Below, piece after piece: positions 9,775-20,700 of a stretch of DNA of 64,000 bases. Below the pieces are notes generated by a model that ran no database searches, was not told where the DNA came from, and saw only the letters and a program-made list of their open reading frames with translations. Numbering within the stretch: the stretch's first letter is position 1; the number at the start of each line of letters is the position of its first letter. Position numbers and translations under genes: made by a program. Origin of the DNA: an uncultured Planctomycetaceae bacterium (lineage in GTDB: Bacteria; Planctomycetota; Phycisphaerae; SM23-33); contig CAZMBZ010000001.1 in NCBI GenBank assembly GCA_964564285.1, positions 2,508 to 66,507 on the forward strand, in the 5' to 3' direction.

Positions 9775-9811
9775 CTAACCTGCCCGCGATCCATGATCGC
9801 GGGCAGGTTAG
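9775..9811. terminator. perfect 17-bp-stem hairpin between convergent genes (candidate bidirectional terminator)
   Basis: ctaacctgcccgcgatc-cat-gatcgcgggcaggttag. No clean U-tract, so termination is inferred only from position and stem strength. Confidence 0.45.
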
Positions 9812-9852
9812 TATGCGTTCACACGGTTTGGCTGGATGCCGGTTCCGGGTTG

Positions 9853-11508
9853 CTATTTGAATGAAAGCTCGCTGCGTTTAACCTTGAGCGTGTGGATCTT
9901 CTCGTCGTCTATATTGTAGATGTCGTACGTCAGCTTCGGATCGGGTGCCGTCGCGTCGAAACTCAGCAGGCCGAACGAGCACTTGGCGTTGTAGCCGAAC
10001 AGGGCTGTCTTGATCAGCCGGTGCGTGTGAACGTTAGTGAGCTTGGAACTGCTGGCTTCGTACAGCGGATAGGCGCCGGGTCGCTCGGTCTTGTATGCGT
10101 CTGAACGGTGACGGTCGGCGGAGATCAGGAACACGCCCTCGATGTGGTTTTTGCCGATGAACGAGAAAATCTCCTCACGCTCTTCGGGGAAGCCGTCCCA
10201 CGTATCCTTGCTGCCGCCCTTGGTTCCCTTGGCCCACGGCACGGACGAGGCCAGCACGGTGAAGGTGGCGCCGGAAGCCTTCGATGCCTTGAGCGTCTCG
10301 AACAGCCATTTTTTCTGAACCGGCCCCAGCATTGTCGGCGAGGGCAGCTTGGGGCTGGTGCGGTAGTAACGGCAGTCGAGCATGATGAAGTGAACGCCGT
10401 TGATAGCGAAGTCGTACCAGACGCCGGGCTGCTTGTCCCCGCCGCCGTAAAACGGGTTGACGAAGTTATTCTTGAAGACGTTCCAGACGGGGACCTTCCA
10501 TGGAATGTCATCAATGCCCGCCGAGCCGATGCAATCGTTCTTGCCGAAGTCGTGGTCGTCCCAGATCGAGAATACCGGCGTGCGGGAAACGAACCTGCGA
10601 TACTCGGGGCGACTCTGGCGGCGGTAGTAACAGTACTTCTGCGTCTCCGGACTCGTGGGTCGGTCGATGTACACGTTGTCCCCCATGGCCAGGTACGCCA
10701 GCGGGCGATGCTTGTCGAGCGTGTTCCACATCCGCTCGTATTGGGGGGTGTAGCCGGCCCCGCCGCCGAAGATAACCTGGAACTTCGTCTTGGACCCCTT
10801 GATCGGGAAGGTCCGGAACGTCGGTGCCGGGTCGATCTTCACCGGCTTGCCGTCGATAATAAGTTGGTAATGGTATGTAGTGTCAGCCTTCAGGCCGGTC
10901 AGCTCGGCCACGGCGGTGAAGTCCCGCGACGCCTGGGCCTTGACCAATGGCGACTTGACGGCGCTGCTGGTGTCCGCGCCTGTCGAAGCTATTACCTGCA
11001 CGGGCATCTCGGTGGCGCAACGGACCCAGACTTTCACGCTGGTGTCCGTCATGGCCCCAAGCATGGGCCCGTGGATAAGGCCGACGGGATGGCCTGCTGC
11101 GAAGTCGCGAAAGGCCTTGCTCTTGGTCAGGGGGGCCAGAAGATTTCGCGGCCCGGCGTGGAATCGAGCGAACGGCAGCCCTGCATCGACGGCCTGCTTG
11201 ACGTATTCCATTGCCTTGTCGGTCTGCTTGAGGACAGAGTACGCCACGGCCAGGCTGTAGAGTGTTTCGAGATCGCCGGGCATTTCGAGCAGTTTTGCCT
11301 TGGCGGCCTTGACGGCCTCGTTGGGCTTGCCCTCGGCGATCGTGGTAATGAATTTGTTAGCGATCTTCTTGTAGGGTTTGGGACGGGGCTGCTTTTTCGC
11401 GGCTGGCTTTGCTTTCGCCGGTGCTGCCATGATGTACGTTCCTGCCGAGCCTATGATTACCAGGATTGCGGCGATCAGCCGAGCGGTAATGAGATATCGT
11501 TTTGACAT
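9853..11508 (-). CDS. PhoD-like alkaline phosphatase/phosphodiesterase with N-terminal TPR-like segment
   Basis: PhoD-type metallophosphatase motifs (YLAMGDNVYID, FSIWDDHDFGKNDC, LISADRHRSD). N-terminal signal anchor. Confidence 0.85.
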   Translation of the reverse strand: MSKRYLITARLIAAILVIIGSAGTYIMAAPAKAKPAAKKQPRPKPYKKIANKFITTIAEGKPNEAVKAAKAKLLEMPGDLETLYSLAVAYSVLKQTDKAMEYVKQAVDAGLPFARFHAGPRNLLAPLTKSKAFRDFAAGHPVGLIHGPMLGAMTDTSVKVWVRCATEMPVQVIASTGADTSSAVKSPLVKAQASRDFTAVAELTGLKADTTYHYQLIIDGKPVKIDPAPTFRTFPIKGSKTKFQVIFGGGAGYTPQYERMWNTLDKHRPLAYLAMGDNVYIDRPTSPETQKYCYYRRQSRPEYRRFVSRTPVFSIWDDHDFGKNDCIGSAGIDDIPWKVPVWNVFKNNFVNPFYGGGDKQPGVWYDFAINGVHFIMLDCRYYRTSPKLPSPTMLGPVQKKWLFETLKASKASGATFTVLASSVPWAKGTKGGSKDTWDGFPEEREEIFSFIGKNHIEGVFLISADRHRSDAYKTERPGAYPLYEASSSKLTNVHTHRLIKTALFGYNAKCSFGLLSFDATAPDPKLTYDIYNIDDEKIHTLKVKRSELSFK

Positions 11509-11671
11509 GCTTGAGTTTCTCCTGGTTGAAAGTTTCAGTGTTACCGGCCTGGCCGGTGGAACTGGTATGCGACTCTGATTAGTATAACCTTTGTTGCACC
11601 GTTTCGTTCTGTCCGGCGTCCTTGCTTGAAGCTAGAATACATGCGTCCCTTGGGGACAGGGAGATACGCAC

Positions 11672-12736
11672 ATGGCCAAGTCCAGCAGAAAGAAATCCGC
11701 CAAGTTCGGCCTGCCGCCCGGCAGCCTGGTTCACATCGGCGAACGGAAGATTGAAAACGTCCGCATCACCGTAATGGACTACGACGAGCAACGTTGCGAT
11801 GAGACCGTACTCGACAGTGTAAAACAGACGGGCGAGTACCGCAACAAGCCAAGCGTTTCGTGGATCAACATCGACGGCATTCACGACATGGAGGTGATAA
11901 AGGCCACGGGGCGGATATTCGACATTCATCAGCTCGTTCTGGCCGACATCGTGAACACCCGCCAGCGTCCCAAGTACGAGGCCTATGACGGCTTGGTGTT
12001 CGTCGTTCTGAAGATGCTGGATATGCAGACAAGTCGCAGCAAGGTGATTTTCGAGCAGATCAGCATCCTGGTCAGCGACAACTGCGTTATCACGTTTCAG
12101 GAGGCTCCAGGCGATGTGCTGGATGCTGTTCGCGACCGCATTCGGGGTTCGAAGGGACGCATCCGCAAGTTCGGCCCGGACTACCTGGCCAACTGCATTC
12201 TGGACGCCATCCTCGATGGATACTACGCGGTCCTGGACGACCTGTCCGAGCGCGTGATCGCCATGGAGGAGCGACTCATCGAGGAACCCGGGCAGGACTT
12301 GCTTCAGCAGATATACGCTGCCCGACGTGAATATCTGCTGCTTCGCAAGTACATCCGCCCGGTGCGTGAGATTGTCGCGAGCCTGGAACGCAACGAAAAC
12401 GGGCTGGTCCGCCCGGAGACTACGCTCTATATCCGCGACCTGTACGACCACGCGATCCAGATAATCGAGACAATGGAAAGCCTCCGCGACAGCATCACCG
12501 GCATGCTGGAAATGTACCTGTCCAGCGCCTCCAACCGCATGAACGAGGTGATGAAGGTTCTGACCATCATAGCGACAATATTCATACCGCTGACGTTCAT
12601 CGCGGGAATATACGGCATGAACTTTGAGAAAATGCCGGAACTCCGATGGCGGTTCGGCTACCTGGCTGTGTGGGTGATTATGTTGGTCGTGGGTGGGGCG
12701 ATGGTCTGGTTCTTCCGCCGCAAGAAATGGATCTGA
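11672..12736 (+). CDS. corA: magnesium/cobalt transporter CorA
   Basis: YGMNF signature (GIYGMNFEKMPEL) followed by the second TM helix and a basic C-terminus. Typical CorA length. Confidence 0.9.
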   Translation: MAKSSRKKSAKFGLPPGSLVHIGERKIENVRITVMDYDEQRCDETVLDSVKQTGEYRNKPSVSWINIDGIHDMEVIKATGRIFDIHQLVLADIVNTRQRPKYEAYDGLVFVVLKMLDMQTSRSKVIFEQISILVSDNCVITFQEAPGDVLDAVRDRIRGSKGRIRKFGPDYLANCILDAILDGYYAVLDDLSERVIAMEERLIEEPGQDLLQQIYAARREYLLLRKYIRPVREIVASLERNENGLVRPETTLYIRDLYDHAIQIIETMESLRDSITGMLEMYLSSASNRMNEVMKVLTIIATIFIPLTFIAGIYGMNFEKMPELRWRFGYLAVWVIMLVVGGAMVWFFRRKKWI

Positions 12737-12845
12737 CCGGCCTGGCGAGGTCAAAAAGGATTCCCCCAGTTTCGCAGAGCCACGGAAGTCCAAGAACATA
12801 TTTCACGAAATACCCCGTCCTCCTTTACGACAATGTAGTCAAACC

Positions 12846-13361
12846 ATGACGATATTGTGGGCCATACTGCTGATCGCGGTGAGCTTTGTTTGCCTGCTGA
12901 CGGTGCTGCTGACTTTGCCGGGAACCTGGCTGATGCTGGCGGCGACTGCGCTGGTGGCCTGGCTTCAGTTGGGCAATGGAATGATCAGTCCGTGGACGCT
13001 TACGGCTCTGCTGGCGTTGGCGGTGGTTGGCGAGTTGCTGGAGGCGTTCGCTTCGTCGGCGGGCGCCAAGCGTGCGGGGTCAAGCCGGTGGGGGAGTTTC
13101 GGCGCTTTTGTCGGAGGCGTGCTGGGTGCGATCGTGGGCACGTTCGTCATTCCCGTGCCGTTGTTTGGCTCGCTGATAGGCGCGTGCGCCGGGGCCGCCG
13201 GTGGGGCCATACTTCTTGAGATGCTTGCCGGCAGGCCGGCGGGTCATTCCGCCCGCGTTGGCGTTGGCGCCGGCGTGGGGCGTCTGGCAGCGGTGGCTAT
13301 GAAGTTCGGCATCGGTTTTGTCATGTGGATCGTAATTATATTCTCAGCCCTCTGGCCGTAG
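12846..13361 (+). CDS. DUF456-like small integral membrane protein
   Basis: Glycine/alanine-rich multi-TM protein MTILWAILLIAVSFVCLL...PGTWLML. ATG 12846 is the first ATG clear of corA. Confidence 0.65.
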   Translation: MTILWAILLIAVSFVCLLTVLLTLPGTWLMLAATALVAWLQLGNGMISPWTLTALLALAVVGELLEAFASSAGAKRAGSSRWGSFGAFVGGVLGAIVGTFVIPVPLFGSLIGACAGAAGGAILLEMLAGRPAGHSARVGVGAGVGRLAAVAMKFGIGFVMWIVIIFSALWP

Positions 13362-13375
13362 GTGAGGGTGCAAGA

Positions 13376-13419
13376 AAAGCGCGGCGTCCCAGTCCTTCCG
13401 GGCTGGGACGCCGCGCTTT
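13376..13419. terminator. bidirectional intrinsic terminator
   Basis: 17-bp GC-rich stem aaagcgcggcgtcccag / ctgggacgccgcgcttt flanked by A-run and T-run. Sits between the convergent DUF456 gene and the small minus-strand ORF. Confidence 0.75.
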
Positions 13420-13447
13420 GGAAGTAGTGCTTCGGATGCGGCTGGAG

Positions 13448-13591
13448 CTATTTGACCTTGCGCCGCTCATCGCGGGCGACCAGGCGCGCCTCGCGGCGGA
13501 CTTGCTCCTTGGCCTTGACGGCGGAGTTCTTCTCTCGCGTGAGCTTCTGCTTTTCCAGCCGGTTATCAAGTCGTTCTCTACGGTGTCCCAT
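13448..13591 (-). CDS. small highly basic protein, 47 aa (below the track cutoff)
   Basis: Encodes MGHRRERLDNRLEKQKLTREKNSAVKAKEQVRREARLVARDERRKVK. AAGGAG lies 6 nt upstream of the ATG. The strong terminator follows 28 nt after the stop. Same strand as the upstream 556-aa gene. Confidence 0.45.
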   Translation of the reverse strand: MGHRRERLDNRLEKQKLTREKNSAVKAKEQVRREARLVARDERRKVK

Positions 13592-13686
13592 GTCGGGCTC
13601 CTTGTATGTCTTGTGCGATATTTCCCTGTAGCAAAGACCGGTATTTTACCGCGTCCGGGGGGGCTTGGCAATGGGCAAAACACAAA

Positions 13687-15357
13687 TCACTTGCCATTGG
13701 CGGACTTTACCCGCCCGGCCAGCGGCACGGCCGGCGAGGGGCCCGAAGGGGCCGGGATGTCGCCCATAACGATCCAGCAGCGGCGATAGGCGACCGGGCC
13801 GTGGTCGCCCTGGAACATCATCGGCCCCAGCGGCTTTTCATCGTTGAACATGGCCGACCTCGTCGGGCCGGTGACCGGTTGGTTTTCGTGAACGACCTTG
13901 CCATTGTGGATGACCTTGACGAAGCACGCGTTGGCTGTCTTTTTACCCGATTTGTCGAATCGCGGGGCGCGGAACCATACGTCGAATGTCTGCCACTGAC
14001 CCGGCTGGAGCGAGGCGTTCACTCGCGGAGGCCTGCCCTCGTAGCCCTTGTTGTTCTTCCAACGTTGGTATACCCCGCCGCAATCGCCGTGTTTCGGGGA
14101 CTTTACGCCCCAACTGTCCAGAACCTGTATCTCGTAGCGGCCCTGGAAGTAAACACCCGAGTTCGAGCCCTTGGGCACCATGAACTCGATGTGCGCCCGG
14201 CAGTCGCCGTGCTCGGCCTTGGTGACAAGGTGCCTGGTCCGCCCCTTTTTGCCATTGACGACAGCATCGGCGCCGGCCTGCCAGATGAGGCGGTTTTTGT
14301 TGTTGGGGTCCAGCATGACCTCGCCCACTGTCAGCCAATCGCCTCTATCCCCCGCAAAGCGCAGGAGATGGGTCGGTACGCCCATTTCGCGTTCGGCTTC
14401 GACGGCTATGACGGTGCCGGCAACCACCAAGGTCCCCCCATCGGGCACTGGCACGAACGGCTGAATAAAATCCACGCGCGGACACATGACCTGCACCTTG
14501 AGCGAGTTCCATGCCGAGATCGATTCGCCCAGAATGCTTCGGCTGTCGCCTTTGATTCCGTAACTTTGCAGGCCCACAGGGCCTTTGTAGCCCGCGTCGC
14601 GGAGAGTACGGAGGAAGCGATCCATGTCGAACGTCCCCCGGCCTAGCGGCTGGATCAGCCTGGGCCAGCCCTTGGTGTCGGCGTCGGCGCCGCTGACGGT
14701 CACGGCGAAGAGTTTGTCCATTGAGTTCTTGAGTAGTTTGGGCAGCTTCGCCGTGTCGCCGTTCACCTGGAGGAAATGGCAGAGGTTGAACGTCCCGCCT
14801 ACGTTGTCTCGCCCGGTCTTGCGTGCCAGGCGGATGGCGTCCTCGGTCCGCTCGACCCAGGCGTTGGCGTGTGGGTAGAGTGCCACTCGCACGCCGTCTT
14901 TGGCGGCCAGGTCGGCCAGGCGGCGGAGCATGGGCAGGGCGTCGGCGTCGCCGGCCGGGTTCGATGGCTTGTACTTCTTGTTATGCATCGCCACCCAGAT
15001 CCACCCGTCGTGGCCCTTGAGCGTCTTGATGGCCTGCTTCATGCCCTCGTCGGGTTGCCAACTCGGGTCGGCAGCCAGCCAGTTGTATGTGGCGAAAAGC
15101 CTGACGCCCTTGGCGTCGTAGGCCTTGCCCATCTTATCAATGCCTTTGGTGCCCGATATGTCCGAGCCGGCAAAGCCGAACATCACCAACGTCTCGGCAC
15201 GGGCTTTGGGAGTATTGTTCCTGGCATTTCGCAGGCCGTTATCCAGCGTGAAGAATGGATTGTTCAGGCCCTTGGCGTCGGCGGCGGGACAGTTGGCTGG
15301 TCCGAAAGCCAATACAGCCAGCCCGACCAAGGCCAGCAGGAAGTGTCTTGCGTTCAT
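13687..15357 (-). CDS. secreted fusion protein: xylose-isomerase-like TIM barrel plus C-terminal DUF1080 (3-keto-disaccharide hydrolase-like) domain
   Basis: Signal peptide MNARHFLLALVGLAVLAF. TIM-barrel sugar-phosphate isomerase/epimerase-like N-terminal half. C-terminal DUF1080 pattern (HGDCRAHIEFMVPKGSNSGVYFQGRYEIQVLDSWG...GQWQTFDVWF...NGKVVHEN...GPMMFQGDHGPVAYR). Confidence 0.8.
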   Translation of the reverse strand: MNARHFLLALVGLAVLAFGPANCPAADAKGLNNPFFTLDNGLRNARNNTPKARAETLVMFGFAGSDISGTKGIDKMGKAYDAKGVRLFATYNWLAADPSWQPDEGMKQAIKTLKGHDGWIWVAMHNKKYKPSNPAGDADALPMLRRLADLAAKDGVRVALYPHANAWVERTEDAIRLARKTGRDNVGGTFNLCHFLQVNGDTAKLPKLLKNSMDKLFAVTVSGADADTKGWPRLIQPLGRGTFDMDRFLRTLRDAGYKGPVGLQSYGIKGDSRSILGESISAWNSLKVQVMCPRVDFIQPFVPVPDGGTLVVAGTVIAVEAEREMGVPTHLLRFAGDRGDWLTVGEVMLDPNNKNRLIWQAGADAVVNGKKGRTRHLVTKAEHGDCRAHIEFMVPKGSNSGVYFQGRYEIQVLDSWGVKSPKHGDCGGVYQRWKNNKGYEGRPPRVNASLQPGQWQTFDVWFRAPRFDKSGKKTANACFVKVIHNGKVVHENQPVTGPTRSAMFNDEKPLGPMMFQGDHGPVAYRRCWIVMGDIPAPSGPSPAVPLAGRVKSANGK

Positions 15358-15573
15358 GGTTTAATCCTTCGTGTTCGACGTTTCTGCTTTGCGTGTTGCC
15401 TTCTTGTATCAAAATGTGCCCGTGATGTCGAAGAGGCGCACTGTTTCTGGAACACTCTTGGCGTGTGCCCGGGTCGCGATGGGTGGATTCCAGTTCCAGG
15501 GATTGTCAAATGCGGGGATGCGTCGCAAAGAGTTGCGGGACGTTGGTGGCGGTTTTTCGTTAGAATAGCGACG

Positions 15574-16641
15574 ATGTCCAGACAGAAGGAAAAAGTGATC
15601 GTCGCGATGAGCGGCGGGGTGGATTCGTCCGTCGCTGCCAGTTTGTTGCTGGAGGCGGGCTACGAGGTCACCGGTGTGTTCATGTGTCTTGGCCGGGCCG
15701 GGGCCGGCGAGGCAGGCTCCCAGGGCTGTTGCTCGCCTGACGACGCGGCCGACGCGCGCCGCGTGGCTGATACGCTCGGGATCGACCTGTTCGTGCTCAA
15801 TTGTGCCGAGGCGTTCGAGCCGATTATCGAGAACTTCGTTGCGGAGTATGCTCGCGGACGGACGCCGAATCCGTGCATCCACTGCAATCGGCGGATCAAG
15901 TTTGGCAGGCTCATGGACCGGGCGGACTCGCTCGGCATTCGCTACATTGCTACAGGCCATCACGCGCGGATTGTGCGGGCCGCCGGCGGCGAGGCCATCG
16001 CTCGCGGGCTTGCCTGGGGCAAGGACCAGTCCTACGCCTTGTTTGAGATTCCTCGCCGGCGACTTGAGCGGATACTGCTGCCGATCGGCGAGATCGACGA
16101 CAAGGATACGGTCCGCGCGCGAGCGCTGGCTTTGGGGCTCAACGTACACGATAAGCCCGACAGCCAGGAGATATGTTTCGTGCCGGATGATGATTACGCG
16201 TCGCTGCTTCAGCGGCGTTGCCCGGAGGCGCTTCGGCCTGGCGAGATTGTGGACTCAGACGGACGAGTTCTCGGCATGCATGAAGGCTACGCACGCTACA
16301 CTATCGGGCAGCGGCGCGGGCTTGGCGTCGCGGCCGGGGTGCCGATGTACGTCACGGACATCGATCCCGCCACGGCCCGCGTGACCATCGGCCCGCGCGA
16401 GCAGACGTTGGGCACTTCCCTCACCGCCAGCGGGTCCAATTGGCACGCCGAAGTGCCGAGCGAGTTCGACGCGATCGTGCAAATCCGCTACAACCATCGT
16501 GGCGCGGGCGGGCGGGTTACGCTTAGCGGAGCCGAGAGCTTCGCCGTTGAACTGGCCGAGCCGGTGCATGCAATAACGCCCGGCCAGGCGGTCGTGATTT
16601 ACGACGACCAGCGACTGCTTGGCGGCGGGTGGATTGATTGA
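15574..16641 (+). CDS. mnmA: tRNA 2-thiouridine(34) synthase MnmA
   Basis: PP-loop VIVAMSGGVDSSVAA; conserved CSPDD, NPCIHCN, KDQSY motifs. The 14776 start in the track is an antisense-overlapping extension. Confidence 0.9.
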   Translation: MSRQKEKVIVAMSGGVDSSVAASLLLEAGYEVTGVFMCLGRAGAGEAGSQGCCSPDDAADARRVADTLGIDLFVLNCAEAFEPIIENFVAEYARGRTPNPCIHCNRRIKFGRLMDRADSLGIRYIATGHHARIVRAAGGEAIARGLAWGKDQSYALFEIPRRRLERILLPIGEIDDKDTVRARALALGLNVHDKPDSQEICFVPDDDYASLLQRRCPEALRPGEIVDSDGRVLGMHEGYARYTIGQRRGLGVAAGVPMYVTDIDPATARVTIGPREQTLGTSLTASGSNWHAEVPSEFDAIVQIRYNHRGAGGRVTLSGAESFAVELAEPVHAITPGQAVVIYDDQRLLGGGWID

Positions 16642-16650
16642 TTGTGGCCA

Positions 16651-17592
16651 ATGACCCAAAGGCGAACATCCATCCTGGCTATTCACCCCGGCGCACTTGG
16701 CGACGTGATACTCTTCGGTCATCTGCTGGCTGGCTTGGGCGAGCGGGTTCCGACCGTCACACTTGTCGCCGGCGGCGAGAAAGCCCGGTTGCTTGCGGGG
16801 GCGGGCGTGGTTGATGTGGCGATGGATTTCGACTCGCTGCCGATACACGAACTGTTTACGGATGTGCCGCCCGATAGCTGCCGGCTTGCGTCGATGCTGG
16901 GCAAACATGATCGGGTCGTGGAATGTTTTGTCGAGGCTGACTCGGCTGCGGCGAATCGGCTGGTGCGGATGTGCGGGGCTGGGGAGATTGCAGCGCTGCC
17001 GATTCGTCCGCCGACGGATTTCGACGGGCACCTGACGGACCTCTGGCGGCGGCAGCTTGGACTGGCCGGGGGCGTTTCGCACGCGACTTGGACCGTGCCG
17101 TTGTCGTGGCGGGCTGATGCGGCCGGGGCGATGAAGGGACTGGACCCAGGTAGCGGCGGGGCGTACGTCGTCATCCATCCTGGCGCCGGCGCGCCGGACA
17201 AATGCTGGGCGCTGGAGCGGTTTATCGCAGTCGCGGCCGAGCTGCGAAAAGCCGGCCTGAACGTTGTGTTCGCGCTCGGTGCGGTCGAATTGGATCGGTG
17301 GTCTGGCGAACGAATATCGCGACTGGGCGATGCCGGTGCGATTCTGGCGGGTGCTCCGCTGACGCGCCTGGCGGGCGTTTTGGCGGAGGCGGCGGTGTTT
17401 GTGGGAAACGATTCCGGCGTAGCTCACCTCGCCGCTGCCATCGGGACGCCGACGGTGGCATTGTTTGGCCCGACGAGCGAGACGCACTTCTCGCCGCTGG
17501 GTCGGTGCGTTCGTTGTGTTGCGGCGGAAACGATGGATGATATTTCGGTCGCGCGGGTTCTTGATGCGGTGCGGACTTTGCAGGGGGGCTGA
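16651..17592 (+). CDS. glycosyltransferase family 9 (heptosyltransferase-like)
   Basis: ILAIHPGALGDVILF, VVIHPGAGAPDKCW, FVGNDSGVAHLAAAIGTPTVALFGPT are GT9 hallmarks. Alternative start GTG 16645. Confidence 0.8.
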   Translation: MTQRRTSILAIHPGALGDVILFGHLLAGLGERVPTVTLVAGGEKARLLAGAGVVDVAMDFDSLPIHELFTDVPPDSCRLASMLGKHDRVVECFVEADSAAANRLVRMCGAGEIAALPIRPPTDFDGHLTDLWRRQLGLAGGVSHATWTVPLSWRADAAGAMKGLDPGSGGAYVVIHPGAGAPDKCWALERFIAVAAELRKAGLNVVFALGAVELDRWSGERISRLGDAGAILAGAPLTRLAGVLAEAAVFVGNDSGVAHLAAAIGTPTVALFGPTSETHFSPLGRCVRCVAAETMDDISVARVLDAVRTLQGG

Positions 17593-17741
17593 GGTGGATG
17601 TGATATTCGGCGCGGGCGTTCGGGGATTGACATCCCTGGGCTTCAGGTGTGGGACGTGGGGGGATGATTCGGTTATAATCCACGCTTTACCAGCACCGGT
17701 GCGGCGATCGGATTTGGACGTGGAAAAGGGAATCATACTCA

Positions 17742-20700
17742 GTGGAATCGAACTGTGCAGATCGACCCGCGGACGCCGCGGATGAAGCTCGGACGGAAAC
17801 TCCGTCGCGGGCGAGAAGGTGGCTGTTTCGGCTGATTGCCGTAACGGTCATTCCAGTGGCGTTCTTCCTGCTGCTGGAGTTGGTACTCAATCTGGTTGGG
17901 TTCGGCTATGACACGCGGTACTTCATCCCCGCCAAAACGCCGGCCACGGCGGGTGCTTCTGCCGGGGCGGTTGGGGAGTTGGAGGCCAACCAGCGGTTCG
18001 CGTGGCGGTTCTACCCGCCGACAGGTGCCAAGACACCGCTGCCGGTTCGGCTGGGCTCGACCAAGGCACAGGGCCACGTGCGGATATTCGTCTTCGGCGG
18101 ATCGGCGGCGATGGGTTCGCCCGAGCCCGCCCAGAGTTTCGGACGCATCCTGGAGGTAATGCTCGCCGAGCGATACCCCCAGCGAAAGTTCGAGGTAATA
18201 GTCACAGCCATGGAGGGCATGAACTCGCACGTTTCGCGCGTGATTGCCGACGAGGCAGCCGAGCTTCAGCCGGACCTGTTCGTGGTGTACATGGGCAACA
18301 ACGAGGTGGTCGGACCCTACGGAATATCGGATGTTTTCCGGGGCTACACGCCGAACTTGACGACCATTCGCGCCAGTCTTTGGCTGAAGTCCACTCGCAC
18401 CGGGCAGATGGTCGGACGCCTGATTGACAGCATGTCAGGCCGGGGCGATCAGGTGTGGAAGGGTATGGAGAATTTCGTAGGGGCCGGCGTGGCGGCTGAC
18501 GACCCGCGGCTTTCGACGATGTACGACAACTTCGCGGCGAACCTTTCGGCGATTTGCCAAGCCGGCACGTGGGCTGATGCGCGGACAATTGTCTGCACCG
18601 TCGCGTCGAACCTGCGGGACTGTCCGCCGTTTCTGCTGCAGTCCAGGCCGGGGGTTAGCAAGGCTGATCTTGCCCGGTTCGATGAGCTATGCTCGGCCGG
18701 GCGAGCGAAGGCTTCCACGGGCGAGCACGAGCAGGCGATGGACCAGTTCACCCAGGCCGCGGACATCGACGCGAACTCGGCCAACCTGGAGTACTGGATG
18801 GGCCAGTGCTGCCTGTCGGCGGGCCTTGCGGACGAGGCTCGCGAACATCTCTTAAGGGCGCGGGACCTGGACGCCCTGCGTTTTCGCGCTGATACGAAGA
18901 TCAACGAAATCCTCCGCCGGGCGGGCAAGCAGTACGACGGCTTTGTGGACTTCGAGAAACTCCTGGCCGTGGACGCGATCACCCGCGATGGCCTGCCCGG
19001 CAGCGAAACGCTGATTGACCACGTTCATTTCTCCTTCGCGGGCAACTGTCGGCTGGCGGCGGCGGTGCTGGCCGAGGCGGAGCGATTGCTGGGTGATAAG
19101 CTTGGCCCGGCGAGCGGGGCAGGTGTGGCGACCGCGCCGGCTGGCAGCCTTGTGGGCGGCTTCGACGAGAAGCACCTCGCCCGGCGTCTCGCGATAACAG
19201 GTTGGGATCGATATCGAATTGCCGAGGTCCTGGCGGCGCAGATGGCGCTGGCGCCGTTTACGAATCAATTCGACAGCGACAGTCGCCTCGCCGCTCAGCG
19301 GGCCGAGGTGGAGCGGCTGCGAATGTTCACGCTTCCGGAAATTCGCCCGGTGATTCTCGGTCAGTACCTGAAGGCTCTTGCAGCTCGGCCTGACGATGTG
19401 ATGCTTCGGGCGAACTACGCGACGTGCCTTTACGGTTTCGACGATGCCGTCTCCGCGGCCCGGGAGTGGGGCGAACTGCTCAAACGCATGCCAGGCAACG
19501 CCCAGTACGCCAAGGAACTGGGGGTGACACTTATGGGCCAGGGAAAGCTGGACGAGGCGAGCGAGTATTTCCGTCAGGCCTTGGCTGTCTTGCCGCGGGA
19601 CCTCAATGCTCAAAATAACCTCGGTGCGTCGCTGTTGCGTATGGGGCGTATCGAAGAGGCCGGCGTGTGTTTCCGCGAGGTGCTTTCAGCCAATCCCGAC
19701 CATGCAGACGCGCGGGCGAATCTCGCGATTGCCCTAGCCAGCAAGAACGACCAAGCCGGGGCGGCCAGTCAGTTCCAGACCGTACTCGCCAAGACCCCCG
19801 GGCATGTCGGAGCACTTCGTAACTTCGCCAGGCTGCTTACCGGCCAGGGAAAGGTCGATGAGGCCATCGAACTTTACAGTAAGGCCCTTGTGACGCGGGA
19901 GGACTTCATGCTGCACGTGGACCTGGGCCAACTTCTCGAAGTCAGGAAGCAAAGCGATAAAGCGATGGAGCACTTCGCCCGGGCCGCGGAAATGGCTCCG
20001 AACGCGGCGGGGGCGCAGTTGGCCTTTGGCCAGGCGCTGCTACGGGCGCGGCGATACGCCGAGGCGGCGGATCGGCTCGGACGGGCGGTAGTGATCGACG
20101 ACGGTCTTGCCGTGGCACATCGCGATCTCGGTTCGGCCCTTGGGCGGTTGGGAAAAGCGAAACTCGCGATTGTGGAGTTGGCCCGGGCTGTGAACCTCAA
20201 TCCGACGGATCTGGTTGCTCGCGAGCGGCTGGCCTACGCGCTGATGGCAGGCCGGAAGCTTCCCGAGGCGATCGAGCAGTACAAGAAGGTGCTGGAACTC
20301 CAGCCCAACCTTCCCGACGCACACAACAACCTTGCCGTCGCGCTTGCCAAAACGGGGAAGCTGGATGAGGCGATTATTCACTTCTCAGCCGCGGTCCAGT
20401 TGGAGCCGACGGCGCTTCGTCATTACAATCTTGCCACGCAGTTAGTGCGTCGCGGGGGCGACCGGGAGGCGCTGATGAACTTTCGTCAGGCCTTGCAGTT
20501 GAAACCGACCTGGCCCGAGGCGATGTCGGAGTGCGCCTGGGTGCTGGCGACGGCTGACGATGAGAAACTCCGCAACGGCGGCGAGGCGGTCCGCCTTGCT
20601 CAGAAGGCGTGCGAATTGACCCAATGGAAGGCTGCGGCGATTGTCGACGCGATGGCGGCCTCGCTTGCCGAGGCAGGCCAGTTCGGCCAGGCGCTGCTGA

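Noticed and set aside
11509-11671. A magnesium riboswitch (M-box) or clear promoter upstream of corA.
   Set aside because: The leader is too short for an M-box. Only a TAGAAT -10-like hexamer is visible, without a convincing -35.
14776-15573. N-terminal extensions offered by the track for mnmA (14776), pyk (20609), the PEP-CTERM gene (5623), the DUF456 gene (12693), clpB (40537), the HEAT protein (58584), GH31 (7607) and GH78 (50785/55514).
   Set aside because: The extensions overlap upstream genes or antisense genes and lack family similarity. Internal ATGs with SD-like sequences coincide with the canonical N-termini of the families.
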